The notes beneath the pieces are model-generated. The model was given only the letters and a program-made list of their open reading frames with translations, had not been told where the DNA came from and searched no databases. This document shows positions 46,680 through 56,345 of a stretch of DNA of 64,000 nt, piece by piece; position 1 is the stretch's first letter; each line of letters starts with the position of its first letter. The position numbers and the translations under genes were made by a program. Origin of the DNA: Candidatus Magasanikbacteria bacterium RIFOXYD2_FULL_41_14 (GTDB taxonomy: Bacteria; Patescibacteriota; Patescibacteriia; Magasanikbacterales; GWA2-37-8). The stretch spans positions 44,234-108,233 of the forward strand of contig MFRE01000022.1 in the NCBI GenBank assembly GCA_001784475.1, written 5' to 3'.

Positions 46680-48305
46680 TTATTGGAAGCGTGCGTCTTT
46701 AATACTTTGAACAGTATGTTTAGCTACATCTACACTTGTCACCAGCAAAACATTATTCTTTACAGTTAATTTGCGGATGGCTTCGCCGTCGGTGTCAGAT
46801 TGGAAGTTTTTTTCGGCCGACGGGATATTAATTACTAAATCAAAACGGCGTTCGCGTAATAATGTTTCGATGTTGGGACGTTCGGTGGAAGAAATTTTGT
46901 GTACCAAGCGATTACTAATTTTATTTTCATCCAAAAATTGACTGGTATGTAAGGTCGCATACAACACACAACCTAATTTGGATAGTTCGGTGATGGCCGG
47001 CAATAAAACTTTTTTATTGTCTAACCCACCAATCGTCACCAAAATATTTTTCTTGGTTTGTTTTGCCATTTTCATCTGCAGTGTCCAGAGTTCAATAAAT
47101 CCAGGTGAAGCATTTTGATTGAACAAATCATTTTTATTAAACGTTGCCAATTTTTCGTCAAAGATCGCGTCCGGAGTTTTTAGAGCGACCACTTCGCAGT
47201 TACCTTTATACAATCGCAAAGTAACAGTGCCGTTAACCTTTTCATTTAAAGTATCAATAAAGCCGGACAGGTCTTTCATTAAAGGTTCGTACCAAAGCGC
47301 ACCATAGCACAAGTAGGCCCACTCTTGGTCCACTAATTCTTTGAATTTATTTTCTACCCGTGTGCAAACATATTTTTCCAATTGTTTGTGTGCCAAAATT
47401 ATCGCGTGCGCGGCTGGTTGTTCATATAGACCGCGAACTTTTAAACCAACAATTCGGTCTTCAATATGGTGGACAATGCCGATGCCATGGCATCCACCAA
47501 TGGCATTTAATTTAATAATTAAGTCGGCCAATTTCATTTCGTGGCCGTTTAAAGCGGTCGGCAAGCCTTTGACAAATTCAATTTCTACCAGCTCGGATTC
47601 GTCCGGCGCGTTTTGAGGTAAAGTGGTGATTTGTAAAATATTTTCCAAAGGGGGGATTAATTCCGGATTTTCAATTTCACCGCCTTCGCTCGTTACTCCC
47701 CACATATTGTCGTCGTGCGAATAAGGTTTGGCTTGAGTGTGCGAAATTGGAATACCGTGTTTTTCGGCGTAGGCGATTTCCTCGTCTCTACCCATGCCCC
47801 ATTCGCGTACTGGGGCAATTACCTTAATATCTGGGTTTAACGTCACCATGGTGCCTTCCAAGCGCACCTGGTCGTTGCCTTTGCCGGTGCAACCGTGGGC
47901 GATAGTGTCCGCTTTTTCCTCTTCTGCCACCTTTACGGCTAATTTGGCGAGTAGCGGTCGGCCTAGGGGGGTGCTTAGATGATAATTTCCTTGATAGCAA
48001 GCGTTGGCTTTAATGCCGTGAGCAATATATTTTTCCGCGAACTCATCTTTGGCATCCAGCACAATTGATTTAATTGCGCCTAATTTTAAGGCCTTTTGGC
48101 GCACTGCTTCTAAATCATCGGCCAGTTGGCCAATATCAATACACAGGGCAATTACTTCGGCGTGATAAACATCTTGAATCCATTTTAACATTACGGAAGT
48201 GTCTAATCCGCCTGAATACAAAAGCACCACTCGCTTTACTTCCTCCTTGGTTTTGGGTTCGTAGGTGGCGATGTGGGTGTAGGTTGATATTGGTTCTGGG
48301 GTCAT
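46680..48305 (-). CDS. argG: argininosuccinate synthase fused to a C-terminal MGS-like domain
   Basis: N-terminal VLLYSGGLDTS PP-loop and ArgG core (~400 aa). C-terminal ~130 aa (ILVTIGGLDNKK...LGCVLYATLHTSQFL...FDLVINIPSAEKN) resembles the MGS-like domain of CarB. Confidence 0.8.
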   Translation of the reverse strand: MTPEPISTYTHIATYEPKTKEEVKRVVLLYSGGLDTSVMLKWIQDVYHAEVIALCIDIGQLADDLEAVRQKALKLGAIKSIVLDAKDEFAEKYIAHGIKANACYQGNYHLSTPLGRPLLAKLAVKVAEEEKADTIAHGCTGKGNDQVRLEGTMVTLNPDIKVIAPVREWGMGRDEEIAYAEKHGIPISHTQAKPYSHDDNMWGVTSEGGEIENPELIPPLENILQITTLPQNAPDESELVEIEFVKGLPTALNGHEMKLADLIIKLNAIGGCHGIGIVHHIEDRIVGLKVRGLYEQPAAHAIILAHKQLEKYVCTRVENKFKELVDQEWAYLCYGALWYEPLMKDLSGFIDTLNEKVNGTVTLRLYKGNCEVVALKTPDAIFDEKLATFNKNDLFNQNASPGFIELWTLQMKMAKQTKKNILVTIGGLDNKKVLLPAITELSKLGCVLYATLHTSQFLDENKISNRLVHKISSTERPNIETLLRERRFDLVINIPSAEKNFQSDTDGEAIRKLTVKNNVLLVTSVDVAKHTVQSIKDARFQ

Positions 48306-48334
48306 AATTTAAATTTTAATATAAATAATATATT

Positions 48335-49621
48335 TTATAATGGTCGATCAATTTTATAACGGTCCAAGGCCAGATTTCCCGGGCCTCCGAGCGATACAAT
48401 TTCTTTTAATGCTTCCACTGGATCCGGGACTTGGAGTTTATCTAAATTTTCTTTAACATTTTGATAGGCCTCGCGAAATGGCATGCCGTTTTTCACCATT
48501 TTTAAGGCCTCATTGGCGGCAAATAATTCCGGTGAAAGTGATTTCATTAGTACGTCAACTTTGGGGGTGACTTTGTCCATCACGAGCGCCAATACTTCCA
48601 AACTACGGCGGGTAATGCCAAGCGCTTTAATTAGTGGCTCCTTGGTTAATTGCGTGTCGCGGTTATAGCCAGAAATTAAATTTTTGCAAATATCTTTGAC
48701 TTGAGTTTGGAGACCCACAATCACATTCACATTACTGCGCACGATTTCAAAAATATCCGGATTGCGTTTTTGGGGCATAATTGACGAGCCAGTCGTAAAT
48801 TCGTAGGGCAAATCAAAGAAGTTAAACTCCGGAGTGGTAAACCAAATCATCTCATTGGCTAAGCGTCCTAACGTCATCATAATTTGGGTGAGAACGGATA
48901 GAATATAACTTTCGGTAACACCGCGCGAATTAACACAGTAGAGAGAATTGATTTGGGTGCGTTCAAAACCCAACTCTTTACTCACAAATTCTCGCTCTAA
49001 AGGTAAATTTACCCCAAAACCGGCGGCTGCGCCCAACGGATTTTGGTCATTTAATTTATAGGCAGTTTCCAACAGCATAAAGTTGTTGATAAGTTCTTCT
49101 AGATAGGCGGCAGACCAGTGGCCAATAGACGAAGGCATCGCTCGGCGGGTATGGGTATAGCCGGGTAGGGGAATGAACTCGTATTTTTTGGCAAAGTTTA
49201 AAAATACTTCTTCCAATTTTATCATTTCCACGCTAATTTGTTTTAATTTTTTGCGCGTATATAGGCGGGTTGCCACGAGCACCTGATCATTGCGTGATCG
49301 GCCAGTATGAATTTTTTTACCAACGTCGCCCAGTTTTGTTACCAAATAATTTTCAATGGCGGTATGACAATCTTCGTCAGATTGTTCAATTTTAAACTCT
49401 CCCGCTGAATGCATTACCAAAATTTCGTTTAGTCCGACTGTTAAATCATTTAATTCCGTGTCGGTTAAAAGACCGATTTTGTTAAGTCCTTTAGCATGGG
49501 CGATAGAGGCCTCCACGTCAAAAGGTAACAAACTTTTGTCCAATTCATAATCTTTGCCCACAGTATATTTTTCTACAAGTGGGTGTAATTTAATATTGCT
49601 TGCTTGCCAAAGTTTTGCCAT
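48335..49621 (-). CDS. argH: argininosuccinate lyase
   Basis: 428 aa, fumarate-lyase signature GSSIMPQKRNPD. Confidence 0.9.
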   Translation of the reverse strand: MAKLWQASNIKLHPLVEKYTVGKDYELDKSLLPFDVEASIAHAKGLNKIGLLTDTELNDLTVGLNEILVMHSAGEFKIEQSDEDCHTAIENYLVTKLGDVGKKIHTGRSRNDQVLVATRLYTRKKLKQISVEMIKLEEVFLNFAKKYEFIPLPGYTHTRRAMPSSIGHWSAAYLEELINNFMLLETAYKLNDQNPLGAAAGFGVNLPLEREFVSKELGFERTQINSLYCVNSRGVTESYILSVLTQIMMTLGRLANEMIWFTTPEFNFFDLPYEFTTGSSIMPQKRNPDIFEIVRSNVNVIVGLQTQVKDICKNLISGYNRDTQLTKEPLIKALGITRRSLEVLALVMDKVTPKVDVLMKSLSPELFAANEALKMVKNGMPFREAYQNVKENLDKLQVPDPVEALKEIVSLGGPGNLALDRYKIDRPL

Positions 49622-49762
49622 AGGTTTGTAATTAGCTAGGTGTTTAAGAGTGCGTCCGTTCGACTATCGTTTAGAAAGCGTAGGCACGGCCGAGTGGCCA
49701 AGAGCGTCTTTCTAAATGATGGTCGAGCGGTGAGCAAATGATCCTATTATTTTAATAATTAA

Positions 49763-50734
49763 CTATTTAATACTTAATATTTTCTGACCGTTGCTAGTGG
49801 CGATATTTACCAAATCATCAAAATTATAATATCGACAGGCCTCTTGGAGCATACGCAGTTCGGTCCACATATCGCCGTCCACAAAGGGCTGATAGTAATC
49901 ATACACATTATCCACTCCGAGCGCAACCGTGATACCGGCCGCAAGCATTTCCGGTACATTGGCTATGGAATTATGCACTGGAGCGCTAAATTGGTCTAAT
50001 TGGCGCATAGCCAAAGCCGCTGAGGGGCAGACTACCACTCCGATGCCGGCGTCTGCCATTTTCTTATAAATTTCTTGTCGGTATTCTTTGGGTTGGGCTG
50101 AAACTGAGATGCCGTGAATGGCGACCACTCGGCCTTCGTAGCCGTGTTTAACTGTAGTGGTGATTAGTTTTTCCATGTCGCGTTCGTTGGGATTATTTTC
50201 TTGGTCAATGTGAATGTGTAAGGGCTTATTTAAATTTTTGGCAATGCTAAATAAAATGTCGTAATTTTCTGCGTCATTGGGGCGATCTTTGGATGGCAGT
50301 CCACCGGCGATATCGGCTTTGGCGGTAACTGCTTCATAGAGTGCGGCTGCCTCGGGGTTAACTAGCCCGCCCAAGGGCTGAGTGATTGTCAAAAAATTTA
50401 TTTTATCTTTGTATTCTTCTTTAACGCGGTTGGCCGCATCAATTGCTTTGTGTCCGACCGCTTCGTAGGCGTCAATAAAACTGCAGGTTAGTTTACAGCC
50501 TTGCGCCACTAAAATATCCAATCCGGTTTTGATTCTCTCTTTAATTTCACTTTCTGTGGAACGGCGTTTGATGTCATCAGACATGTTCCATTTTACTTCC
50601 ATATTCACCATAGATTTATCCAAGCCATCTTTGGTAATGTAAAAAGCCTTGTCAAAATGCGCATGGCAATTAACAAACCCGCCTTTGTCCGCGATGGCCG
50701 TCAGCATTTGTTCTTTTAGATTCCAGGGTTGCAT
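49763..50734 (-). CDS. metal-dependent amidohydrolase, cytosine-deaminase (CodA)-like catalytic barrel without the N-terminal beta-sandwich
   Basis: HAHFDK, HIHIDQ, AIHG and VALGVDNVYDYYQPFVDGDMW align with the CodA TIM-barrel motifs. Confidence 0.5.
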   Translation of the reverse strand: MQPWNLKEQMLTAIADKGGFVNCHAHFDKAFYITKDGLDKSMVNMEVKWNMSDDIKRRSTESEIKERIKTGLDILVAQGCKLTCSFIDAYEAVGHKAIDAANRVKEEYKDKINFLTITQPLGGLVNPEAAALYEAVTAKADIAGGLPSKDRPNDAENYDILFSIAKNLNKPLHIHIDQENNPNERDMEKLITTTVKHGYEGRVVAIHGISVSAQPKEYRQEIYKKMADAGIGVVVCPSAALAMRQLDQFSAPVHNSIANVPEMLAAGITVALGVDNVYDYYQPFVDGDMWTELRMLQEACRYYNFDDLVNIATSNGQKILSIK

Positions 50735-50895
50735 ATTTATATAAGTATTAAAAAAAATCCCGATTAAATCGGGATTATATAAATGATAAAAATTGTTGGC
50801 GGTGAACAGGAGACGATTTTGTTAGAGTAAATTTCATATCCGGATTAGTTTAACATCTTTTTGTTTAATTGGCAAGTAGGAGTTTGGGGATAAAA

Positions 50896-52335
50896 TTAAT
50901 TCATTTCTATCTCTTTCTTGCCATGGTATATTCGTATCGTTTTTACAGCGTTAACAATGTCATTGATTTTTGCAGTTTCTTCCGGATTTGCTTCGGCATA
51001 TGGTACTAATTCACCGTTTTTGGTTTTTACCAAGATATTAGTCCTAGGATTAAAACCTTTAGTATAATCTGCTTCTCCTAATATTACTCGGCCTTGTTTA
51101 GCAATTTTGTCGCGATATTCTTCTGCCTGTTTGGGTGTTTGGTATTCGTAAAAACTTATATCCATTTCGTTTATTTGTTGAGCTAAATGCACGTTTAACA
51201 TCGTTGTACCACCAGACACATCTAAACGCTGTGCAATAACACTTTTTAGTTGGTCCAATCCATTGTTTAGTAGAAAATCAATGTCTATTGTTTTTTCTGA
51301 AGTCACTTTTCCTGATTGTTCGGCCCAGATTTTTTTGAGTATTGGAACAATCACTGCAATTTCTACCATTTGTGCGTTGGGGTCGAGATAGAGTTCGTGG
51401 TGGAGAAGCGCGCGTAATCTTAAATATCTTGTGAGTCGGTCTTGATCTTCGCAATAAAGTTGTCCGGAAGCCGAATCAATTTTCATTGAGAATATCAAAT
51501 CCATTAAGTGCGGGTCGTGTTCAAGTAGTTCTTTTATTTGCACACCCTTACCAGCAGGTAGTTCATCATAACTACCGAATGCTTTATATGCGTCGGTTAC
51601 AGCATAGCCAAATTGATCACAAAAATCTAATATCTGCCCAAGCTGACCATCGCCGTCAATAATAGCCTGTATTCTCTCGGGAGACGTACCGTTTTCTTGA
51701 AGTACTGTCGCCATTTCTTCACCTTCTAATATGCGTTTTACCAATTTTTCTTCATCAAATAATTTTTTATCAACCATCTTAGTAGTGTCACCACCTGCTA
51801 CAGTTGCGCTATCATGTAGTAGTCCGGCGATCGATATTTCGGAAGCATCTTTAGCGGTTAGGTTGTTATTTACTATTACAATCTCTGCCAGGGCTGCCAC
51901 AACATTGCTATGGAAAAAACGAGAATGCGAGGTGTACATTTCTATGTTGGCATCGACGAATTCATTTGGGTGTACGCCGGGCATGGTAAGAACGTAGAGT
52001 TGAGGCAAGTCGTGAAGGCGCCCAAGTTTAGCAGCATCGTGTACTTGCGAATATGCTGATTGCTGATGTTCATCGCGTTCCATGGCGATTATTGGTACAG
52101 AACAATAGTAAAGTGGTATAAATGGGCCGTCGTATTCATCATAATCTGAGCGATTGCCTAAAAAATGTAAACTACCGCATTTTATGTCAGCGGTTTCAAG
52201 CGTTTGTCGAATTGCGGTGCCCGTATCTGTGGACTTGCCGTTTTCGTCAGTTGATTTTGCGTCATTAAAATCAACAACCGGTCGATATTGTGGGTGTAAA
52301 ATATCTTGTATATCGGACGGGGATCTTTCGACCAT
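50896..52335 (-). CDS. large HD-domain phosphohydrolase, unknown specificity
   Basis: 479 aa, H...H...GLLHDSA(T) HD motif in the middle. Confidence 0.45.
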   Translation of the reverse strand: MVERSPSDIQDILHPQYRPVVDFNDAKSTDENGKSTDTGTAIRQTLETADIKCGSLHFLGNRSDYDEYDGPFIPLYYCSVPIIAMERDEHQQSAYSQVHDAAKLGRLHDLPQLYVLTMPGVHPNEFVDANIEMYTSHSRFFHSNVVAALAEIVIVNNNLTAKDASEISIAGLLHDSATVAGGDTTKMVDKKLFDEEKLVKRILEGEEMATVLQENGTSPERIQAIIDGDGQLGQILDFCDQFGYAVTDAYKAFGSYDELPAGKGVQIKELLEHDPHLMDLIFSMKIDSASGQLYCEDQDRLTRYLRLRALLHHELYLDPNAQMVEIAVIVPILKKIWAEQSGKVTSEKTIDIDFLLNNGLDQLKSVIAQRLDVSGGTTMLNVHLAQQINEMDISFYEYQTPKQAEEYRDKIAKQGRVILGEADYTKGFNPRTNILVKTKNGELVPYAEANPEETAKINDIVNAVKTIRIYHGKKEIEMN

Positions 52336-52347
52336 ATTTATATATAT

Positions 52348-54006
52348 TTATTTCATCTTCTCTCGCAACAATTTCTCCGCCACCACCGGATCGGCGTTGC
52401 CTTCGGTCGTTTTCATCACCATTCCTTTTAAAAATTGCAACAGTGGTTCTTTGCCCGCTTTAAATTTGGACACTTGCTCGGGATAACTTTTAATTACTTC
52501 ATCCACTACCGCGCCTAGTGCACCCTCATCACTCATTTGGCCATAACCCTTTTCTTCCATAATATGCGTTGGGTCAATGTCGGTATTGGCGTCTAGCATC
52601 TCATTTAAAATTTTGGTGGCGTTAGTGGAATTAACGCGGTTGGTATAAAATAACGCCAATAATTCCGAAAAATTTTCCGGTGATAATTTTAAAATTCGGA
52701 TATCAATTTTTCGTTCGGCCATGGCACCCATCAATTTGGAGGTGAGCCAGTTACCGGTTAATTTTGCTAATGCTGATTTTTTATTATCTAAAATCTCCGA
52801 AGTAGTTTTTTTATTTTCGGGCTTGCCCGGCGTAGTCCCACTTGGTGGGACGGAGACGGGTAGAGAATGTAGCCACTCCACCAAATCAGAATATACATCT
52901 TCGGCATAAGCGGCCCAATACGGGTCGGTCGCGAGAATTGCGGAATCAGCATAAGAAAAGCCGTATTCGGTGTGGAAACGGGCGCGTTTTTGGGTAGGCA
53001 ATTCTGGTAGCACAATATCGCCGGCAATTTTTTGCGGATTAAATGGTGGAATATCTGGTTCGGGGAAATAACGATAATCAGCCGAAGTTTCTTTAATGCG
53101 TTGCATCACGGTTTCGCCTTTGTCATCGCTCCAACCGCGGGTTTGCTGAGGCCACGTTTCATCTTTTTCAATTATTTCGGTTTGGCGTTTAATTTCAAAA
53201 TCAATTGCTTTTTCCACCGCGCGGAAAGAATTAATATTTTTAACTTCTACTTTATTATTTAATTTATAATCACCAATTGGTTTAATCACACCATCTTCAT
53301 CAACAAATTTTCCGGTTTCCTGTACCGAAATATTGGCCTCACAACGCATTTGGCCTTTTTCCATGTCAGCGTTACTCACGCCTAGATAGCGAAAAATGGT
53401 TTGTAGTTCTTGGCAATATGCTTTGGCTTCAATTCCACTTTGCACATCTGGGTCAGAGACAATTTCCACGAGTGGCACGCCGGCGCGGTTAAAATCGACA
53501 AAACTGAAGGTTTTGTCGCCCCGGACTTGTTCCGGGGACCCCTGAATCCCCGCTTGCACGGGGATGACACCCACGCCTGCTGGTGCGTGTGTCAATTTGG
53601 CCGTATCTTCTTCCATGTGTACACGCGTGATGCCAATTATGGCACTGTCGCGATGGTTTTTGGTGCCAATTAGATTTAATTCAATTTTTCCGTGTTCTCC
53701 CACTGGTTCATCAAATTGGGAAATTTGGTATGCCTTGGGTAAATCAGGATAAAAATAGTGCTTGCGATCAAACTTGCTTTCAGTCGCGATTTTGCACCCT
53801 AAAGCGGTAGCGATTTTTACAATATCACAAATGGCACCGGCGTTTGGGACTGGTAATGTGCCAGGGTGTGCTAAGCAGACCGGACAGATATTGGTGTTAG
53901 GGGAGCCATGGTCCGGATCATTTTTGCAAGCACAAAACATTTTGGACTTGGTTTTGAGTTCAACATGGATTTCCATGCCGATAATTGCAGTATATTTTGT
54001 TTTCAT
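52348..54006 (-). CDS. gatB: Asp-tRNA(Asn)/Glu-tRNA(Gln) amidotransferase subunit B, carrying a repeat-derived in-frame insertion
   Basis: MKTKYTAIIGMEIHVELKT..., FDRKHYFYPDLPKAYQISQ, DFNRAGVPLVEIVSDPD, YRYFPEPD, C-terminal YqeY-like domain. About 22 extra residues lie between KLTH and SFVDFNR. Confidence 0.9.
   Translation of the reverse strand: MKTKYTAIIGMEIHVELKTKSKMFCACKNDPDHGSPNTNICPVCLAHPGTLPVPNAGAICDIVKIATALGCKIATESKFDRKHYFYPDLPKAYQISQFDEPVGEHGKIELNLIGTKNHRDSAIIGITRVHMEEDTAKLTHAPAGVGVIPVQAGIQGSPEQVRGDKTFSFVDFNRAGVPLVEIVSDPDVQSGIEAKAYCQELQTIFRYLGVSNADMEKGQMRCEANISVQETGKFVDEDGVIKPIGDYKLNNKVEVKNINSFRAVEKAIDFEIKRQTEIIEKDETWPQQTRGWSDDKGETVMQRIKETSADYRYFPEPDIPPFNPQKIAGDIVLPELPTQKRARFHTEYGFSYADSAILATDPYWAAYAEDVYSDLVEWLHSLPVSVPPSGTTPGKPENKKTTSEILDNKKSALAKLTGNWLTSKLMGAMAERKIDIRILKLSPENFSELLALFYTNRVNSTNATKILNEMLDANTDIDPTHIMEEKGYGQMSDEGALGAVVDEVIKSYPEQVSKFKAGKEPLLQFLKGMVMKTTEGNADPVVAEKLLREKMK
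53517..53571. repeat. GTCATCCCCG-family element copy embedded in-frame in gatB
   Basis: CCCCGGACTTGTTCCGGGG plus GAATCCCCGCTTGCACGGGGATGAC. Encodes ...GVGVIPVQAGIQGSPEQV... on the coding strand. Confidence 0.55.
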
Positions 54007-54075
54007 AATATAAAAAACTGATAGATTTTCATCTACCAGTTTATCAGTTTTGGGCTATTTTGGCAAATTACAATT

Positions 54076-54828
54076 TTATGAAATTGGCACTGTTTTATTC
54101 ACCGGAGTAGATTTCAAATTTTCATAAAGGATTAGCCCGGCTATTATCAGGAGAGGTAATAATAATAAGCTGATTATATTATTTGAGAATATTGTCACTG
54201 TGTTTGATGGTGCCAGCGACATTGTTGGTAATAAGTTCAAAATTTGGCCAATTATCCATTGCAATATGCCAGCCGCGATAGCGAATAGTACGCTAGGCGC
54301 AAACAATCTCCACAACACTGCCCACCACCGTCCGGTTACTAAGTTTTTGCTCATTTTCATTGCTTCAATTCCTTTGGTGTTATCGGTAGCTAAAGAGTAA
54401 ATGCTAAACTGAAACCAAACTGTGAAAATAATACCCGGGATTATGAATAAGATTGAGCCGGCCAAGATTGTTAAGCCGACAATAATAGATAACCAAATTC
54501 CCGATAGGATTATTGTTTTGGCGGAGATAAAATTTTCTTTCCAATCTCCTGGCAGTTGGTTTTTCAAAATTCGGTCGCATCCCTTAATAAGCGCGAGATA
54601 TGCCCAAAGTGACAAAATTAGTCCGGCGATAAATACTATTAAAAGTACAATATCGTTGGCAATTTTAGGCGTTACCATATGTACTTCTAAACTAATCTCG
54701 GTAAGAGTAATAATAGTGAGTGTTATTGTTGGGATAAGTGAAATCGCCAAATATACCCAAATTTGTTTAAAATGTTTGAGGTACAATTCTACGCTTTGAT
54801 TAATGATGTCGGTAGCTTTGATAAGCAT
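54076..54828 (-). CDS. polytopic membrane protein, unknown function
   Basis: 250 aa, about 6 TM. Confidence 0.45.
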   Translation of the reverse strand: MLIKATDIINQSVELYLKHFKQIWVYLAISLIPTITLTIITLTEISLEVHMVTPKIANDIVLLIVFIAGLILSLWAYLALIKGCDRILKNQLPGDWKENFISAKTIILSGIWLSIIVGLTILAGSILFIIPGIIFTVWFQFSIYSLATDNTKGIEAMKMSKNLVTGRWWAVLWRLFAPSVLFAIAAGILQWIIGQILNLLPTMSLAPSNTVTIFSNNIISLLLLPLLIIAGLILYENLKSTPVNKTVPIS

Positions 54829-54838
54829 ACGGTTTTAA

Positions 54839-55540
54839 TTAAGTTAATAATTGTTTAAGAAGTGTTATAGCCTCGCTATTCATTATACCAATTTTTTCGT
54901 TTCCGTTCAAATGGTGGACAACGGTGCCACGGTCGGCGAAGAATTTTTGATACTCTGGGGATAGAAAGATGCCCGACTCTTTTTTCAAATTTTCTAATTG
55001 CTCATAGAAGCTATTGTCATTTTTTCCGCTCCGTCCTTGTAGTCGTTTGACACTTTCTAATGGGTCGGTATTGACTATAACCAAGTGATCGGGGCGAAAT
55101 TCAAGCGCCAGTTTGTTGCCGGACAAAATCGCATTTTCTTCAAATGGCACGGCGTTATCAATTGATTGATAGCAGATGGAGCTGGATACGCCCCGATCTT
55201 GAATTATAACGCGGTTGTCACGGAGTAGGGGGATTATCATTTTGGTATAAAGGACGAGTCGGTCCAAAGAATAGGCCTCGGCCAACGCGCGAATTGGATA
55301 GTTGGTTCCTTTTTTTATCAGTTCATCACGGATAACTTTGCCAATGCCGGCAAAGGTTGGTTCAGCGGAAAAAATAAAATCATACTTGCTTGGTTCGGAT
55401 AATTCTGGGAATTGCCCGGTATCTTTAATATACTTTTTTAAATCAAAAATCGCGTTGCCTTGGTCAGACAAATATTTTTTCCAGCTCTCAATGATTGTGC
55501 CTTTGCCAGAGCCATCAATGCCGTCTACCATTATTAACAT
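54839..55540 (-). CDS. tmk: thymidylate kinase
   Basis: P-loop VDGIDGSGKGT, DRGVSSSICYQ (DRY-like), LID region. Confidence 0.85.
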   Translation of the reverse strand: MLIMVDGIDGSGKGTIIESWKKYLSDQGNAIFDLKKYIKDTGQFPELSEPSKYDFIFSAEPTFAGIGKVIRDELIKKGTNYPIRALAEAYSLDRLVLYTKMIIPLLRDNRVIIQDRGVSSSICYQSIDNAVPFEENAILSGNKLALEFRPDHLVIVNTDPLESVKRLQGRSGKNDNSFYEQLENLKKESGIFLSPEYQKFFADRGTVVHHLNGNEKIGIMNSEAITLLKQLLT

Positions 55541-55607
55541 ATTTAAATTGCAGATTTATGATTTTAGATTCTTGATATGTAATTAGTTATTTTTCTGAAT
55601 TATTAAT

Positions 55608-56078
55608 TTATTTCTTATAAATTACAAAATCAAAGCCATCGTGTGATTCGCGCCAGGTTTCTTTCCAGATGTTCTTATTAATTTCAGGGAAAAATGTGTC
55701 GCCCTCTGGTGACATGTGCACGAGAGTGATATAAAGCGTGTTCACGCGGTCAATGGTTTGGCGGTAGATGCTTGCGCCTCCGCAAATAAACACATCTTCG
55801 TCTTTTAATTTATTAAAAATATCGTCTAGCGATGTAAATTGACGCACGTTCTCAGGTAAACTAGGTACTAATTCACGAGTTATCACAACAGTTTTTCTGC
55901 CTGGTAGCGGTTTGCCAATATAACTGACAATTGATTCGTAAGTTATCAAACCCATAACGCAAGTTTTACCCAAAGTCGTATTTTTAAAATAGGCAAAATC
56001 TTCGGGAATATTCCAAGGAATTTTATTATTCTTGCCAATACAATTGTTGTCGGCCACGGCGGCGATGAGGGAAAACAT
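55608..56078 (-). CDS. folA: dihydrofolate reductase
   Basis: MFSLIAAVADNNCIGKNNKIPW is the canonical DHFR N-terminus. The listed ORF extends 12 codons upstream into an inverted repeat. Confidence 0.85.
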   Translation of the reverse strand: MFSLIAAVADNNCIGKNNKIPWNIPEDFAYFKNTTLGKTCVMGLITYESIVSYIGKPLPGRKTVVITRELVPSLPENVRQFTSLDDIFNKLKDEDVFICGGASIYRQTIDRVNTLYITLVHMSPEGDTFFPEINKNIWKETWRESHDGFDFVIYKK

Positions 56079-56137
56079 AATGATAATTTCAAAATCCAAA
56101 TTTCCAATTTCCAATCAATGTCAAAGCTCAAATTTTC

Positions 56138-56254
56138 GTTGTCATCCCGACCGTAGTGGAGGGATCCCTTAACGCCATCATTTTACGTATTAACTAATTT
56201 AAGGGATTCTTCCCCGACGCAAGGTCGGGATAAACTGTTACACTCAGAATGACA
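56138..56254. repeat. MITE-like element (GTCATCCCGACCGTAGTGGAGGGATCCCTT...AAGGGATTCTTCCCCGACGCAAGGTCGGGAT...AATGACA), itself flanked by a 22-bp inverted repeat
   Basis: Flanking IR: TCCAATTTCCAATCAATGTCAAA (56101-23) and TTTGACATTGATTGGAAATTGGA (56287-309). Confidence 0.55.
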
Positions 56255-56345
56255 ATTTGTTATTTGATCTTTGAAATTTGGGTTTGATTTGACATTGATT
56301 GGAAATTGGAAATTTTACATTAATAATATTTATTTTAATTGAGTT

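Noticed and set aside
49681-49705. tRNA-like D-loop string GGCCGAGTGGCCAAG
   Set aside because: No acceptor, anticodon or T arms can be drawn. The region instead forms a long single hairpin.
56079-56114. N-terminal 12 codons of the listed folA ORF
   Set aside because: They overlap the 22-bp inverted-repeat arm. The DHFR consensus starts at MFSLIAA (56078).
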